From positions 386 through 64,385 of the forward strand of contig DASXSC010000093.1 in assembly GCA_036506215.1 (NCBI GenBank): 64,000 nucleotides of DNA, written 5' to 3'. Numbering within the stretch: the first letter of the stretch is position 1; each line of letters begins with the position of its first letter. Position numbers and translations under genes: made by a program. The stretch is from Pyrinomonadaceae bacterium (GTDB taxonomy: Bacteria > Acidobacteriota > Blastocatellia > Pyrinomonadales > Pyrinomonadaceae). Positions 38,171 through 47,741 of this stretch are shown here, piece by piece. Below the pieces are notes generated by a model, which worked only from the letters and a program-made list of their open reading frames with translations, was not told where the DNA came from and did no database searches.

Positions 38171-39886
38171 TCAGCGCTTCAACCGGCGGGCTCGCATTCC
38201 CTCATGAAGGTCCTTTGGACACAGGCTTGCGGGTTCAATCTGCTCAACGATCCATTGATAGGGCCAATCTGAACTCTTGCCATTCGTCCCAACTCCGATA
38301 AAGTTCAGCAGGGGGCCGAAATCGGGCGGCGGAAGGTGCAAAGCTCCCGTCGCCCGGATATTCCAGTAGGTGTTATAGGCTCCAGCGTGTGCGCCACGAT
38401 TACTCGCTCCGCCACTATTGAAGGGCCGTGTGCCGGCGCCAGGATCAAGCTGACTAAAGAGACTGGCATAGTTTGCCTCTCGATGATGGTCCATGTTGAG
38501 GTCGATGCCCTGACCCTTTGAGAATACTGTGTGAAGGGCATACCACTCGACACTGATGTCGTGTACGAATTTTGTCTGCACCGAAAAGCCGGTGACAAGA
38601 TTTTCCGTGCCGTGACTGATGTCGATCCCATGATGCCCATTGGCTCCGCGTGCGCCGGCGCCGACCGCCCTGCTCGCATTCGTGGTCAGCTTCACATTGC
38701 TCACGGTGCAGAAATTCGTGGAATTCAAGTCGATGGCAAAGTCACTATTTTGAATTTCAACGTCATTGATCCAACACTGAGAGACATCCTGAAAGAAGAG
38801 CGCGTTATATCCCCTTTCCCTGAAGTGACCGGGATAAGCGGTCCACGGAAAATGAATAGAAAGATGTTCGATCCCAACCTCCTGAACCGAAGGAACAAAC
38901 TTATGGATTTCGGGCGCCCATTCCGGACGCACGTCATAGGGCAACGGTCCTTCAATTTCAATTTTGTTTCCCGACACAGACTTAACGCGCGATAAAAACC
39001 GCACCACCGCTCGAGTTCCAATCAGATCTTCAATCGAGCCTGGCACCGCAGGTGTCAGTTCTCCATATAAATAACGAATCAGCGATCCTGTGGTCGCGCT
39101 GGCCTTTGGTGGATCGCTCTGAACCAGGCGTATCCACTGCCCTTTCCTAATCGAAGCATGAGACGACAATCGCCTTGGCGCGGTTCCGCTTTGGACCAGG
39201 GTTGAGATCTTCAAGGTCCGACTCCCGCGTTTGGCGGCTGCGATTACCGACGCTAATCGTGTCTCGGGTATGATCGGATCTTTCCCAGTTACGTTGATCA
39301 GACCTGGCCGAAAGGCCCATTGAGACTGTTCCGTTCCCTTCGCCGTGTTGCCGAAAAGATCTTCTAAAGAGTTTGGAAAGAACAAAGTTGTTTCGTTGGG
39401 TCCAGCGCCACGCAAGACGAAATTTCCCCTGGAAATATCGATTCGCTTTGAAATAACGTAAGTGCCCTTTGGGATGAATAGCACACCACTCTTAATCGAC
39501 GCGATTGCCTTCAGTAGTGAGGGCGAATCATCTGTCCGTCCATCACCGGCGGCGTGGAAATCTCGTTTGAGATCCCACTTGACTGGTGGAGTGGGAATCT
39601 TTGCTTCGCCGGCATGGTAACCAGCATAGGAAAAGTCCGGTAACTTGCCCGCAGGATTCCATTTCTCTCCGGCAACGCCCCAGAGCGAGGAGTAAACGCA
39701 AGGACCTGATGAAACCTCTCCGGCGCCGGCATGGTCGGCTGCCAGTTCAGTTTGGGACGCGTTTCCCCCATCACTAACTGCGTCAATGCCAGTCGTTCCG
39801 ATTAGTGGAGAATGCGAAATTGCGCTTTGTGTCCACGCCAGCGCGGACGCAAAAAGGATAAAGGAGGCCAATTTTCTTAGCGACAT
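38171..39886 (-). CDS. Secreted right-handed beta-helix protein (pectate-lyase superfamily / GH55- or GH28-related glycosidase-like)
   Basis: Signal peptide. DFSYAGYHAGEAKIP...FHAAGDGRTDDSPSLLKAI is typical of the Pectate_lyase_3 N-terminus. Confidence 0.6.
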   Translation of the reverse strand: MSLRKLASFILFASALAWTQSAISHSPLIGTTGIDAVSDGGNASQTELAADHAGAGEVSSGPCVYSSLWGVAGEKWNPAGKLPDFSYAGYHAGEAKIPTPPVKWDLKRDFHAAGDGRTDDSPSLLKAIASIKSGVLFIPKGTYVISKRIDISRGNFVLRGAGPNETTLFFPNSLEDLFGNTAKGTEQSQWAFRPGLINVTGKDPIIPETRLASVIAAAKRGSRTLKISTLVQSGTAPRRLSSHASIRKGQWIRLVQSDPPKASATTGSLIRYLYGELTPAVPGSIEDLIGTRAVVRFLSRVKSVSGNKIEIEGPLPYDVRPEWAPEIHKFVPSVQEVGIEHLSIHFPWTAYPGHFRERGYNALFFQDVSQCWINDVEIQNSDFAIDLNSTNFCTVSNVKLTTNASRAVGAGARGANGHHGIDISHGTENLVTGFSVQTKFVHDISVEWYALHTVFSKGQGIDLNMDHHREANYASLFSQLDPGAGTRPFNSGGASNRGAHAGAYNTYWNIRATGALHLPPPDFGPLLNFIGVGTNGKSSDWPYQWIVEQIEPASLCPKDLHEGMRARRLKR

Positions 39887-39936
39887 ATTCGAAAGCTAAC
39901 CAACTTCAGGATACCGACAATGGCTTGCTTCATCCT

Positions 39937-40470
39937 TCATCCCTCTTCCTTAAGTTGTGGCATTGGCCTCGGATTGGATCCGGGCGCCGGACCGGGTCGA
40001 CGTCCAGGTACGGACCCTGATATCCGCTTGATTGCCTGAAGCTTTGCCTGCTGCTCAAGTGTCAGCTTGTTCTTGATTCGAATAACAAGTCCGACGTGCA
40101 GGTGCTTGATTTCGCGTTCGGCATCGAGCACCTTGTCGAGTTGAGCCAGGGCTTGTTGCTCGTTTACTGTACTCTCTTTCATCGTCGAGCCCAACGCTTC
40201 CATTGCATCCTGCAACTGCCACTGAAGCTCATTGAAGCGCACTGTGACTCGTTGAATTTCCCCGCGCATGAATACCTTCTGTTCGTCCGTCAGTCCGATT
40301 TCTCGCTGATGCTGCATGACCAGTTCAGGGGGAAACATCGAGTCGCCGAGCGGATCATTCTCGGGCCGCGGGGGTTGTGGCTGCTGCGCTGAAGTAAACA
40401 CCACACTGAAAAGAACCGCGGCAACCAGCAGTATGACTAATCCAGGTTTTGTTTTCATTGACTTCTCCAT
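39937..40470 (-). CDS. Periplasmic Spy/CpxP-family (LTxxQ) protein
   Basis: Signal peptide, GLTDEQK and KLTLEQQAKLQ motifs. The start abuts the anti-sigma stop. Confidence 0.7.
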   Translation of the reverse strand: MEKSMKTKPGLVILLVAAVLFSVVFTSAQQPQPPRPENDPLGDSMFPPELVMQHQREIGLTDEQKVFMRGEIQRVTVRFNELQWQLQDAMEALGSTMKESTVNEQQALAQLDKVLDAEREIKHLHVGLVIRIKNKLTLEQQAKLQAIKRISGSVPGRRPGPAPGSNPRPMPQLKEEG

Positions 40471-41019
40471 TCAGTTCGTGCCATTCGGCAAGAATGCTTC
40501 CATCTCATGTAAGTTCTGGTTCAGTTGAGGAAGGGTCCTGAACACTTCATCACCGGGCGATCGCAGTAGGGTGGCTGTTGGTGATCGCCATCGCGAGAGA
40601 GCAATTGCATCGCGCGTGGTTGATCGCCTTAACGCGAGTTTCGCCGCTTGGCTGCGCGGCGCGAATCCCAGGCGTCGTGGCCTGCGGATAACGCGCCTGA
40701 CTTGCTGCACTAACTCCGGGTCCTTTTTGATTTGTGCGGGGCTAGCTTCAGGTTTGACAGCTCCGCTCGCGACCGCGTCAATCGATCGCGGCTTACGTTG
40801 CCAATGTCTTGATAAGAAGGCGAGCGAGAAGAGTGCAAAGCAAACGATGACTACTGCCACCGCCATGCGAAAGTCGACCGCGGTCTTTCGTCGGGCGCTT
40901 TTGATGTGCGCTCGGTTCCACACGGCGGCAAATCGTGGCATGACGCGTTCGTCCTCGAGTCTCAGCTCACGAAACAACGCTCGGATTCTTCTCTCCTCTC
41001 CACTTAACGCCATAACCAA
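40471..41019 (-). CDS. Putative anti-sigma factor (single-pass membrane protein)
   Basis: Position downstream of the ECF sigma; N-terminal RALFRELRLEDERVMPRF; one TM helix (VAVVIVCFALFSLAFL). The 53-nt overlap with the sigma gene makes the start uncertain (alternative ATG 40944). Confidence 0.55.
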   Translation of the reverse strand: MVMALSGEERRIRALFRELRLEDERVMPRFAAVWNRAHIKSARRKTAVDFRMAVAVVIVCFALFSLAFLSRHWQRKPRSIDAVASGAVKPEASPAQIKKDPELVQQVRRVIRRPRRLGFAPRSQAAKLALRRSTTRDAIALSRWRSPTATLLRSPGDEVFRTLPQLNQNLHEMEAFLPNGTN

Positions 41020-41545
41020 TCTCCGATGGTCCCAAAGATTCGCGCAATCGTTTCTTTCCCCGCTCGTAATGCCGGCGCACGCTACCGACCGAGATATTCA
41101 TCACGTCCGCGGCTTCTCGCAAGCTGAGGTCCTGGTAAAAGACCAGATGCAGTGTTTGTCGCTGGCGTAACGGCAACCGTTCCAGCGCTTGCTGAAATCG
41201 TATCTGCATCTCCGATCTTTCAACCGCCGCATCTGGCCCTTCGGCCGGAGAGATCCTGTCAGCTTTCCCTTGCGGCTCACCACACAATCTCAGCTTTCGC
41301 AGCAGATTCTTGCGCTGCTCCGCCGCCGCCGTCTTGTAAATCACGGCAAATAGCCACGTTCTGAATGACGACTCGCCACGAAAGCGCGCTTTGCCTTCAA
41401 GGATCTTCAAATAGACCGTCTGCAGAACTTCCTCTGCTTCTCCGCGGTCGCGTCGGCAACAACTCAAGGCCCAGCCGAAACTGGAACTGTGCAGCTTCTC
41501 CAGCTCAGCCTCCAAAGCCGAGATGTTCATTCGGTCTACCTTCAC
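40967..41545 (-). CDS. ECF-type RNA polymerase sigma-70 family factor
   Basis: Region 2 (VLQTVYLKILEG...FRTWLFAVIYKTA) and region 4 (LPLRQRQTLHLVFYQDLSLREAADVMNISVGSVRRH). Confidence 0.85.
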   Translation of the reverse strand: MKVDRMNISALEAELEKLHSSSFGWALSCCRRDRGEAEEVLQTVYLKILEGKARFRGESSFRTWLFAVIYKTAAAEQRKNLLRKLRLCGEPQGKADRISPAEGPDAAVERSEMQIRFQQALERLPLRQRQTLHLVFYQDLSLREAADVMNISVGSVRRHYERGKKRLRESLGPSEIGYGVKWRGEKNPSVVS

Positions 41546-41750
41546 GAATTATTTCCGTGCTCAAACTATTAGTCGCTTGAGCCGACGAAATGTATGACAA
41601 CGATCCTGGGGGAATTACTGATTAAACGTTGGACCCGTGAAGAATGTTTGATCTGGCACTTAAAAGAAGGATGCTTTTGGTTGGAAGCGAGTGTCGTGTT
41701 TTCCCCAAATCCAGGTACTGGTGAACTTTGGATCCCGCGATCAATGTCTT

Positions 41751-41855
41751 CACTGGGATCGCGGGCGTCACGCCCTCCTGCGTAGGGCAGGCGCAAGCAT
41801 CGGGAGTTAAAGCCAACGTACCTACGGAGCGGGCGGGACGCCCGCGGTCCCAGTG
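41751..41855. repeat. Family-C MITE-like element (terminal inverted repeats cactgggatcgcgggcgtcacgccc / gggcgggacgcccgcggtcccagtg)
   Basis: Arms at 41751-41775 and 41831-41855. Same termini as the element at 49613-49730. Confidence 0.7.
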
Positions 41856-41869
41856 ATTGTAATCAAGAG

Positions 41870-43663
41870 CTATTTCACCCACTCGTCCGCGATCTCCGTT
41901 TCCACTTTCACCGGTACTGTCTTCACGTATTCTTCGCCCGCGGCGCGCATTGCACGCTCTACCCGTCGCGCAATCTCTTCGGCCTCATTCGCGTCTGCTT
42001 CAACCACAATTTCGTCGTGAATGATATTGACGATCTGCGCGTTAGTCCCGCGCAACTCATCCTTCAGCAGGCGTAAAGCGCGCTTCAGTATGTCGGCACT
42101 CGTTCCTTGAATTGGGGTGTTCTTACCGTTTCGCTTAGTCATTGAAATCTGCTGGCGGTCCTGTTCGTCGTAGCGGAAACGGACCAGGCGGCCCGAGCCG
42201 GTTCTAGCCTGGCGCTCGCTTACGGCGCGGTTTGCCGCTTCGTGGAGATAAGTATCGAGTTGGCTATAGGTGGCAAAATATTTGCGTAGCACGTTTTCCG
42301 CTTCGGGCACGCTCAGACCTGTCATTATCGAGAAGCGTTGCGCTCCGATGCCATAAACCACTCCGAAGTTTAAGCGTTTGGCAAAATCTCTTTGCTCTCG
42401 CGTAACCTGATCAAGCGCCACATTAAAAACTTCAGCGGCCGTTACGCGATGAAGATCGGCGCCGGAGTTGAAAGCATTGATGAACCCGCGGTCTCCTGAA
42501 AACTCGGCGAGAATGCGCAACTCGATTTGCGAGTAGTCGGCAATCACAAGCTTTCTACCCTCAGGGTATCCGGAAAAGCAGCGACGATATTCCACCGCGT
42601 GCGGCACCTGTTGGATATTGGGATTCGTGCAGGAGAACCTGCCGGTCGGCGCGCCTATCTGCCGGAAATCGGCGTGCAGCCGCCCGGTGGTGGGATTGAT
42701 CAACTCGATCATGTTCTGACCGTAACTGGTCAGCGCTTTTTGCACCGTGCGGTACTCGAGCAACGTGGCAATAATCGGATACTCGGCGGCGAGCGGTTGA
42801 AGTTTCCAGTTGCGTGTCGAGTCGGGAAGCGAGATTCCCAGACGGTCAAACGCTCGTGTCAACTGTTGGGCCGAATCGAGGTTGATCTCATCGCGTTGTG
42901 GCCCGCCGAAGAGCGTTCCCTGCGAAGACTCTTCGGCAAGTACTTCCTGCAATTCATCTGCCAGCTGGCCTCTTTTCTTTTCAACGATAGCCAACTGTTC
43001 GAGCCAGCGATCCTTGTGCATATAGAAGCCGGCCAGCTCCATATCGGCGACCGTCATTATGCAGTCGAACTCCAATCGTGCGCAGTCAATCAGAGAATCG
43101 GATCGCAATCGCTCGATCAATTTCTCACGCAGCGGGAGCATCACTGCCGCGTCGCGCGCGGCATACTGGAGCTGCGCATCGGAAAGCTCGAAGTTCCAGT
43201 TGCTGAGACGTTCAGTCTTATCGACCGCCTCATTCAAATAGCGTGACGCGACGGCCTCGAGTCCGTGCCGCTCTTCAATATCTCCAGCGCCCAGCAACTG
43301 ACTCGCCAGCAGCGTATCGAAAATTCCATCCAGATCGACGCCGAGACTGTGCTTGATGAATTTCGCGTCAAACTTCGCGTTGTGAGCTATCTTGACGGGA
43401 CGATGAGCAGCAAGCAGACTGCGCAACGGAGCGAGCGCGCTGGTTTGCACAAGGTCACCATTGCCGCCATTGCGAAAAGCGTCGAGGTCAATGATGTGTA
43501 CCCCACTGGGTGTGGCAAGCTGGATCAGACGCAGTCGACCGTAGTAGGGATCAAGCTCGGTGGTTTCGGTATCAAGTCCGATTGCCTGGTGAGTCGACAA
43601 GAAGTCAACGGCCTCGCGAAGCTCTTCCTCGTTTTTGATTAACTGATAATTCGTATTCATCAA
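41870..43663 (-). CDS. Family A DNA polymerase with 3'-5' exonuclease domain, lacking a 5'-nuclease domain (597 aa)
   Basis: Exo I GLDTETT, Exo II HNAKFDAKF and Exo III YAARDAAV. Pol motif A DYSQIELRILA, motif B RDFAKRLNFGVVYG and motif C IIHDEIVVE. Confidence 0.9.
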   Translation of the reverse strand: MMNTNYQLIKNEEELREAVDFLSTHQAIGLDTETTELDPYYGRLRLIQLATPSGVHIIDLDAFRNGGNGDLVQTSALAPLRSLLAAHRPVKIAHNAKFDAKFIKHSLGVDLDGIFDTLLASQLLGAGDIEERHGLEAVASRYLNEAVDKTERLSNWNFELSDAQLQYAARDAAVMLPLREKLIERLRSDSLIDCARLEFDCIMTVADMELAGFYMHKDRWLEQLAIVEKKRGQLADELQEVLAEESSQGTLFGGPQRDEINLDSAQQLTRAFDRLGISLPDSTRNWKLQPLAAEYPIIATLLEYRTVQKALTSYGQNMIELINPTTGRLHADFRQIGAPTGRFSCTNPNIQQVPHAVEYRRCFSGYPEGRKLVIADYSQIELRILAEFSGDRGFINAFNSGADLHRVTAAEVFNVALDQVTREQRDFAKRLNFGVVYGIGAQRFSIMTGLSVPEAENVLRKYFATYSQLDTYLHEAANRAVSERQARTGSGRLVRFRYDEQDRQQISMTKRNGKNTPIQGTSADILKRALRLLKDELRGTNAQIVNIIHDEIVVEADANEAEEIARRVERAMRAAGEEYVKTVPVKVETEIADEWVK

Positions 43664-43958
43664 CCATAATTTTCCGTAGAAGCTGACTGTTGTAATTACT
43701 AATCACAAACAGACAAGCTGAAACCTGAATTAATACTGCCTAAGCGACGAGATAAAACGTACTCGAAAAAAAAGATTCTGTCATTCGGCGGGCGGGTTAC
43801 CTATGTTGTTAGGACGATAGTGGGAGCGAGCGGCCTAGCAATCTTTCTGAAAGCATGCCTACTCGCGAGGGCGCGGCGTGGCGATTTTCTTTTGCAGCGT
43901 CGATTGCGACAGGCATTAGATCTGTCGGGGTTTGCCCTCCTCGCGTTGTAAGAGCAGA

Positions 43959-46900
43959 CTACCGCGCCTTCTCCCGCACAACTTTGGCCTTCTCCTTGAC
44001 CTTCTCGGCCTCGGCCTGCATGCCCAGTCTTTTGCTGTAGTCCTCGAGCGTCGCAGCGTAAAAAACAAGAAGCTTCTTATCGTCGACGTTGCCCATAATG
44101 TAGTCGAACGCGTCAAGCGCCCGCTGGTAGGCGCCCAAGGCGTCGTCATTATTCATATTTTTGAACGCTAAGGCATTAATGGCGTAGAGATATTCCGACA
44201 CTAGCAAGTCCGGCTTTTCAGGCGGTGGGTCTGCCTTCATCTCCAGCTGCTTGAAGTAGTTCGCCATGGTGTTGACCCTGTCCCGGCGCGCCTGCGCTCG
44301 TTGATCTTCCCTTTTTTGTTTCTCGTATAGCTTTGAGAGTCGGAAGAGTATGATGTCCTCCTTCATCCAATCGCTCTGTCCCTTGTAGACAGCGAGGGCG
44401 TCCTTGTAGTACTGCTCGGCTTCGGAGGGTATCTTCGGGTCGTAAGGATCGTCCGAATGGAGAGCTCCAAGTTGAAACAGCGCATCGGGGTTGTCTTTGA
44501 CGGCCGTCTTCAGGAGATTTTTGTATTTCTCGGCGTCCGCGGCGTCCTTCTTACTTTCGCGGTAAAACGTCGCCAGTCTGTCGTAACTCTTCCACAGCTC
44601 GTTTTTCAAGGACCTTCTCTGCCACAGTTCCTGGTTCTTCTCCCTGTGTTCTAACGCCTCCAAGTAGATCTTCTCGGCGACAGCGTACTTGTCTAACCTG
44701 ATGTAGGCGTCGCCCAGCTCATCGAGGTCGGCAGTCAGCTTCACGACGTGTGAAATAAGCAGGTCAAGACGGCCTTCTCTGTCGAGAGTTGAACGTCCCA
44801 GACGGTCTTCTTCCTGACTCTTCCTCATGTCCCGCAGCTTGAACGCAGTCCGCTGCAGTAGATTCGCCGCGCGCAAGGCGTCTTCGGCCTGCCGCGTCTG
44901 GAGGGCCGCATCTTCTTTGGCCTTCTTAGACGCGGCTTCTTCGGCCTCCCTGGAAGCGGCGTCCTGGGCCTCCATAGAAGCGGCGTCGTGCATCGCGGCC
45001 TTTTGCCTAGCCGCGTCGCTAACTGCCGCGTGGATTTGCCCAAGGTCGCTATAACTGCTGGCGATTTCCTTACCGTGATCGATGAGTTCGCTGACAGGAA
45101 CGTCCTCCTGCACGGCTATCATGTCACTGAGAACCCCAATGGCCTCGTCGTAACAACCCTCCCGCCCCTGGTAGAACTCGGCGAGTTCTCTGAACGCGGC
45201 GACGAGCCCAGACCGCTCATTGCTGTTCAGTTCGCTGCTCTTTCTGCCCAACAGGCGGTGTTCAATCGCGAGCAGGAAATTCTCGTCGGCCTTGTCGAAG
45301 TTGCCCATATCCACATATAGCCGCGCGAGGCTCGCGTATCTGGGGGCGAGAACCTGATCCGAGAGTCTTTTGCTACGTATGTGCTCTCTCTGAAGATCCA
45401 GGGCCGCCTCGTAAAAATGTTTCGCCTTCTGGTAGTTCTCGTCCCTCCTGGCTGCCTCGTCTTTAGCCCGCAGCCCGACGCCATGATAAGCGTCGGCAAG
45501 GCCGCCGTAAGTGTCGAGCAGGATTGGGCTGGTGTCCTTATTCGGTGATTTCTCCAGGATGGCGCGTGCCTTCTCGAATGCTTCAACTGCCTTGGTGCTA
45601 TTGTCGAGTTTCAGTTGCGTACTGCCGATGTTGGAGTAGGCCCAGCCGCGCAAGTCGGTGAGTTCCTGAGTCTGTTCGCTCGTTAAGCCCTGAGCGTTCG
45701 CAGGCTGGCTCGAGCCGGGTTGCAGATCGGGGAGTTGCCCGATCAATTCCTCGAAGGCTGCGTTTGCCTTCTCGAAATTCCCGCGCTGAAACCCTTCAAG
45801 ACCGCTGCGGACGGAATCGTTGCGATCCATGGATTTCTGTAGCTGCGTGGCTTTGGCTCTCTCGCTCGCGGCAGCCTCCTCAGCCTTCTGGCGGGCCAAC
45901 CCGGCCTTCTTCGTGGCCTCCTCAGCCTGGATCCGAGCAGTCTCCGCCTTCTTAAAATTTTCCGCGGCGCTCCGCTCTTGCTCGTTGGCGTGTCGGGTTT
46001 CCCGCTCCTGCGCCTCAAGCGCTTTGCTCTCCGCAGCTAAGGCGTTCTCCGCCTCTCTCTTCTTCTTCGCCAGATCGTCGTTAAGCAATTGCGTCTGCGC
46101 TTTCTCGTGTCGCAGGCTGGCAGCAGCCTTGAACGCGAAGCCTGTCAACGCGATCGCTAGCACGAACATGACGGCCATCCCGGCAGTCAACCAGCGCATA
46201 CGGTGCGCTGAGCGGGCCTGCTTCTCAGCGAAGTCGCGCGCCATTTCCAGTTCACGGCGCTCGCGCGCCAGTTGTTCTTCGCGTTGCCGTTCTTTCTCGA
46301 CGATTTCGGCTTCGTGGGCTGTCTTGCTCGCTTCTAGAAACGCCATCGCCTCGGCAAACTCGGGGTGATAGCGGCGCCCCCAAGCGGCGTTGGGCCGTGA
46401 TTGCTCGCGCCAATAGAGGGCGATCTGAAGCCCCGGGTTTTGCATCATTCCCTCGCTACCTTCGCGGTGCAGGACGGCGGCCTCGGCCAGGCGACGGTAG
46501 ATGCGGGACGACTGGGCCTCTTCATCAACCCACTTCTGCAGTCGATCCCAGTTGCGGATAAGGCTCTCGTGCGAGATGTCGATTACGGTGTCTGGCGTCA
46601 GCGGGACACCCGCCGGCGGCATCAGGAATGAGCACCCCTCATAGCGGAAGACCTCAACAACCGCGCTGACCTCCTCAACGCTCGCATCGGCGATCTCGCA
46701 GAGTTCTGAAATGCGCGTCGGGCGGCGTATCTCGCGATTGTCTGCTCCGCGCTCAGTTAGGGCCTTGAAGATCAACTCGGCGACGCGTTGGCTGCGCTCG
46801 TCCAATATGTCAAACGCCTCGTCGGCGTGGAGTGAGAGCGCCTCGGCCATCGTACCGATGGCCTCGTAGTGTTCCAGGCCAAGCGGCTCACCATCGCGCC

Positions 46901-47741
46901 GGTGAACGCTCCAGTAGTCCCATGTGCGCATCAGCGCGTGCTGCAGAATTGGGAGCTGGTCGGGATTATCGCCCACGTCGTTAAGAAGGCGACTGACGAG
47001 CGGCTCGGCAACCCGACTTCGGGCGACGCCGATAGGCCCAGTGATGGCGAAGCGTCGCTCGTCGCGCGTCATCCGCGGGATTAAATACTGACCATCATTG
47101 ATTGCCTCCGGAAGTCCCTGAAACTGAGCGCAGTCACCCAGGAAGTCTGAGCGCATTGTGGGGACGACATAGATCGAGAACTCACGCTGCTGCGAAGCTT
47201 CGAGCAGAAGCTTAACGAAGGCCGACGCATCGTCCCCGCTGCTCGAAGATGCACGGGCCGCGCGAAAGCGAAACAACTCTTCGAATTGGTCTACAACGAG
47301 GAGCAGCTTCTGATGGTCGGCAAGCCGAGCTTGTCTCGCTACGTCCACTAAACCAAGCGCACCGCGACGCAATTTGGCCTCGATGACGGCCTTTGCTTCC
47401 GCGGGAGGCAAACCTCCCCCTGCTTCCAACAGCACGTCCTTGTCACCAAGAGCGGATGCAAGGTTCCCAATCGGGTCGCTCCCTGGTCGCATAATGGCGA
47501 TGCGCCAGCCGGAGCCTGCACCCGCCATCAAGCCGCCGCGTAACGCGGGAAGCAGTCCGGCGCGAACGAGCGAAGACTTGCCGCTGCCGGAAGTGCCAAC
47601 GACGGCAAGGAAGTGTGAGTGCTGCAGGCGAGCGATCAGGGCGTCTGACTGTCCCTCGCGACCGAAGAACAGGCGATATTCATCTGTCTCAAACGGGCGG
47701 AGACCAGGGAAAGGGTTTTTGATTTTTTTCGACTCAATCAT
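43959..47741 (-). CDS. 'Novel STAND'-type P-loop NTPase - single TM helix - charged coiled coil - TPR-like repeat region (1260 aa)
   Basis: NPFPGLRPFETDEYRLFFGRE; Walker A VVGTSGSGKSSLVRAGLLPAL (nt 47571-47597); Walker B LLLVVDQFEELF. TM WLTAGMAVMFVLAIALTGFAFKA (aa 517-539, nt 46125-46193). Lys/Glu/Ala-rich coiled coil, then ~600 aa of TPR-like helices. Its ATG overlaps the upstream stop (TGATG). Confidence 0.85.
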   Translation of the reverse strand: MIESKKIKNPFPGLRPFETDEYRLFFGREGQSDALIARLQHSHFLAVVGTSGSGKSSLVRAGLLPALRGGLMAGAGSGWRIAIMRPGSDPIGNLASALGDKDVLLEAGGGLPPAEAKAVIEAKLRRGALGLVDVARQARLADHQKLLLVVDQFEELFRFRAARASSSSGDDASAFVKLLLEASQQREFSIYVVPTMRSDFLGDCAQFQGLPEAINDGQYLIPRMTRDERRFAITGPIGVARSRVAEPLVSRLLNDVGDNPDQLPILQHALMRTWDYWSVHRRDGEPLGLEHYEAIGTMAEALSLHADEAFDILDERSQRVAELIFKALTERGADNREIRRPTRISELCEIADASVEEVSAVVEVFRYEGCSFLMPPAGVPLTPDTVIDISHESLIRNWDRLQKWVDEEAQSSRIYRRLAEAAVLHREGSEGMMQNPGLQIALYWREQSRPNAAWGRRYHPEFAEAMAFLEASKTAHEAEIVEKERQREEQLARERRELEMARDFAEKQARSAHRMRWLTAGMAVMFVLAIALTGFAFKAAASLRHEKAQTQLLNDDLAKKKREAENALAAESKALEAQERETRHANEQERSAAENFKKAETARIQAEEATKKAGLARQKAEEAAASERAKATQLQKSMDRNDSVRSGLEGFQRGNFEKANAAFEELIGQLPDLQPGSSQPANAQGLTSEQTQELTDLRGWAYSNIGSTQLKLDNSTKAVEAFEKARAILEKSPNKDTSPILLDTYGGLADAYHGVGLRAKDEAARRDENYQKAKHFYEAALDLQREHIRSKRLSDQVLAPRYASLARLYVDMGNFDKADENFLLAIEHRLLGRKSSELNSNERSGLVAAFRELAEFYQGREGCYDEAIGVLSDMIAVQEDVPVSELIDHGKEIASSYSDLGQIHAAVSDAARQKAAMHDAASMEAQDAASREAEEAASKKAKEDAALQTRQAEDALRAANLLQRTAFKLRDMRKSQEEDRLGRSTLDREGRLDLLISHVVKLTADLDELGDAYIRLDKYAVAEKIYLEALEHREKNQELWQRRSLKNELWKSYDRLATFYRESKKDAADAEKYKNLLKTAVKDNPDALFQLGALHSDDPYDPKIPSEAEQYYKDALAVYKGQSDWMKEDIILFRLSKLYEKQKREDQRAQARRDRVNTMANYFKQLEMKADPPPEKPDLLVSEYLYAINALAFKNMNNDDALGAYQRALDAFDYIMGNVDDKKLLVFYAATLEDYSKRLGMQAEAEKVKEKAKVVREKAR

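Noticed and set aside
41622-41882. Short ORFs across the family-C elements (41622..41882, 41569..41796, 49602..49862), translating to ...GRPARS.../...WDRGRPA... peptides
   Set aside because: They are generated by the GC-rich inverted-repeat termini themselves and appear in both orientations. They have no start context and no coding periodicity that I could see.
42527-43246. 239-aa antisense ORF inside the DNA polymerase gene. Similar long antisense or alternate-frame ORFs occur at 35906..36574, 45820..46368, 40571..41170, 15522..16118 and 61934..62467.
   Set aside because: - Each is fully embedded in a gene with strong, motif-supported coding assignment.
- Their translations are Arg/Ala/Ser/Gly-rich and low in complexity, which is typical of GC-rich shadow frames.
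- None has a recognisable motif.
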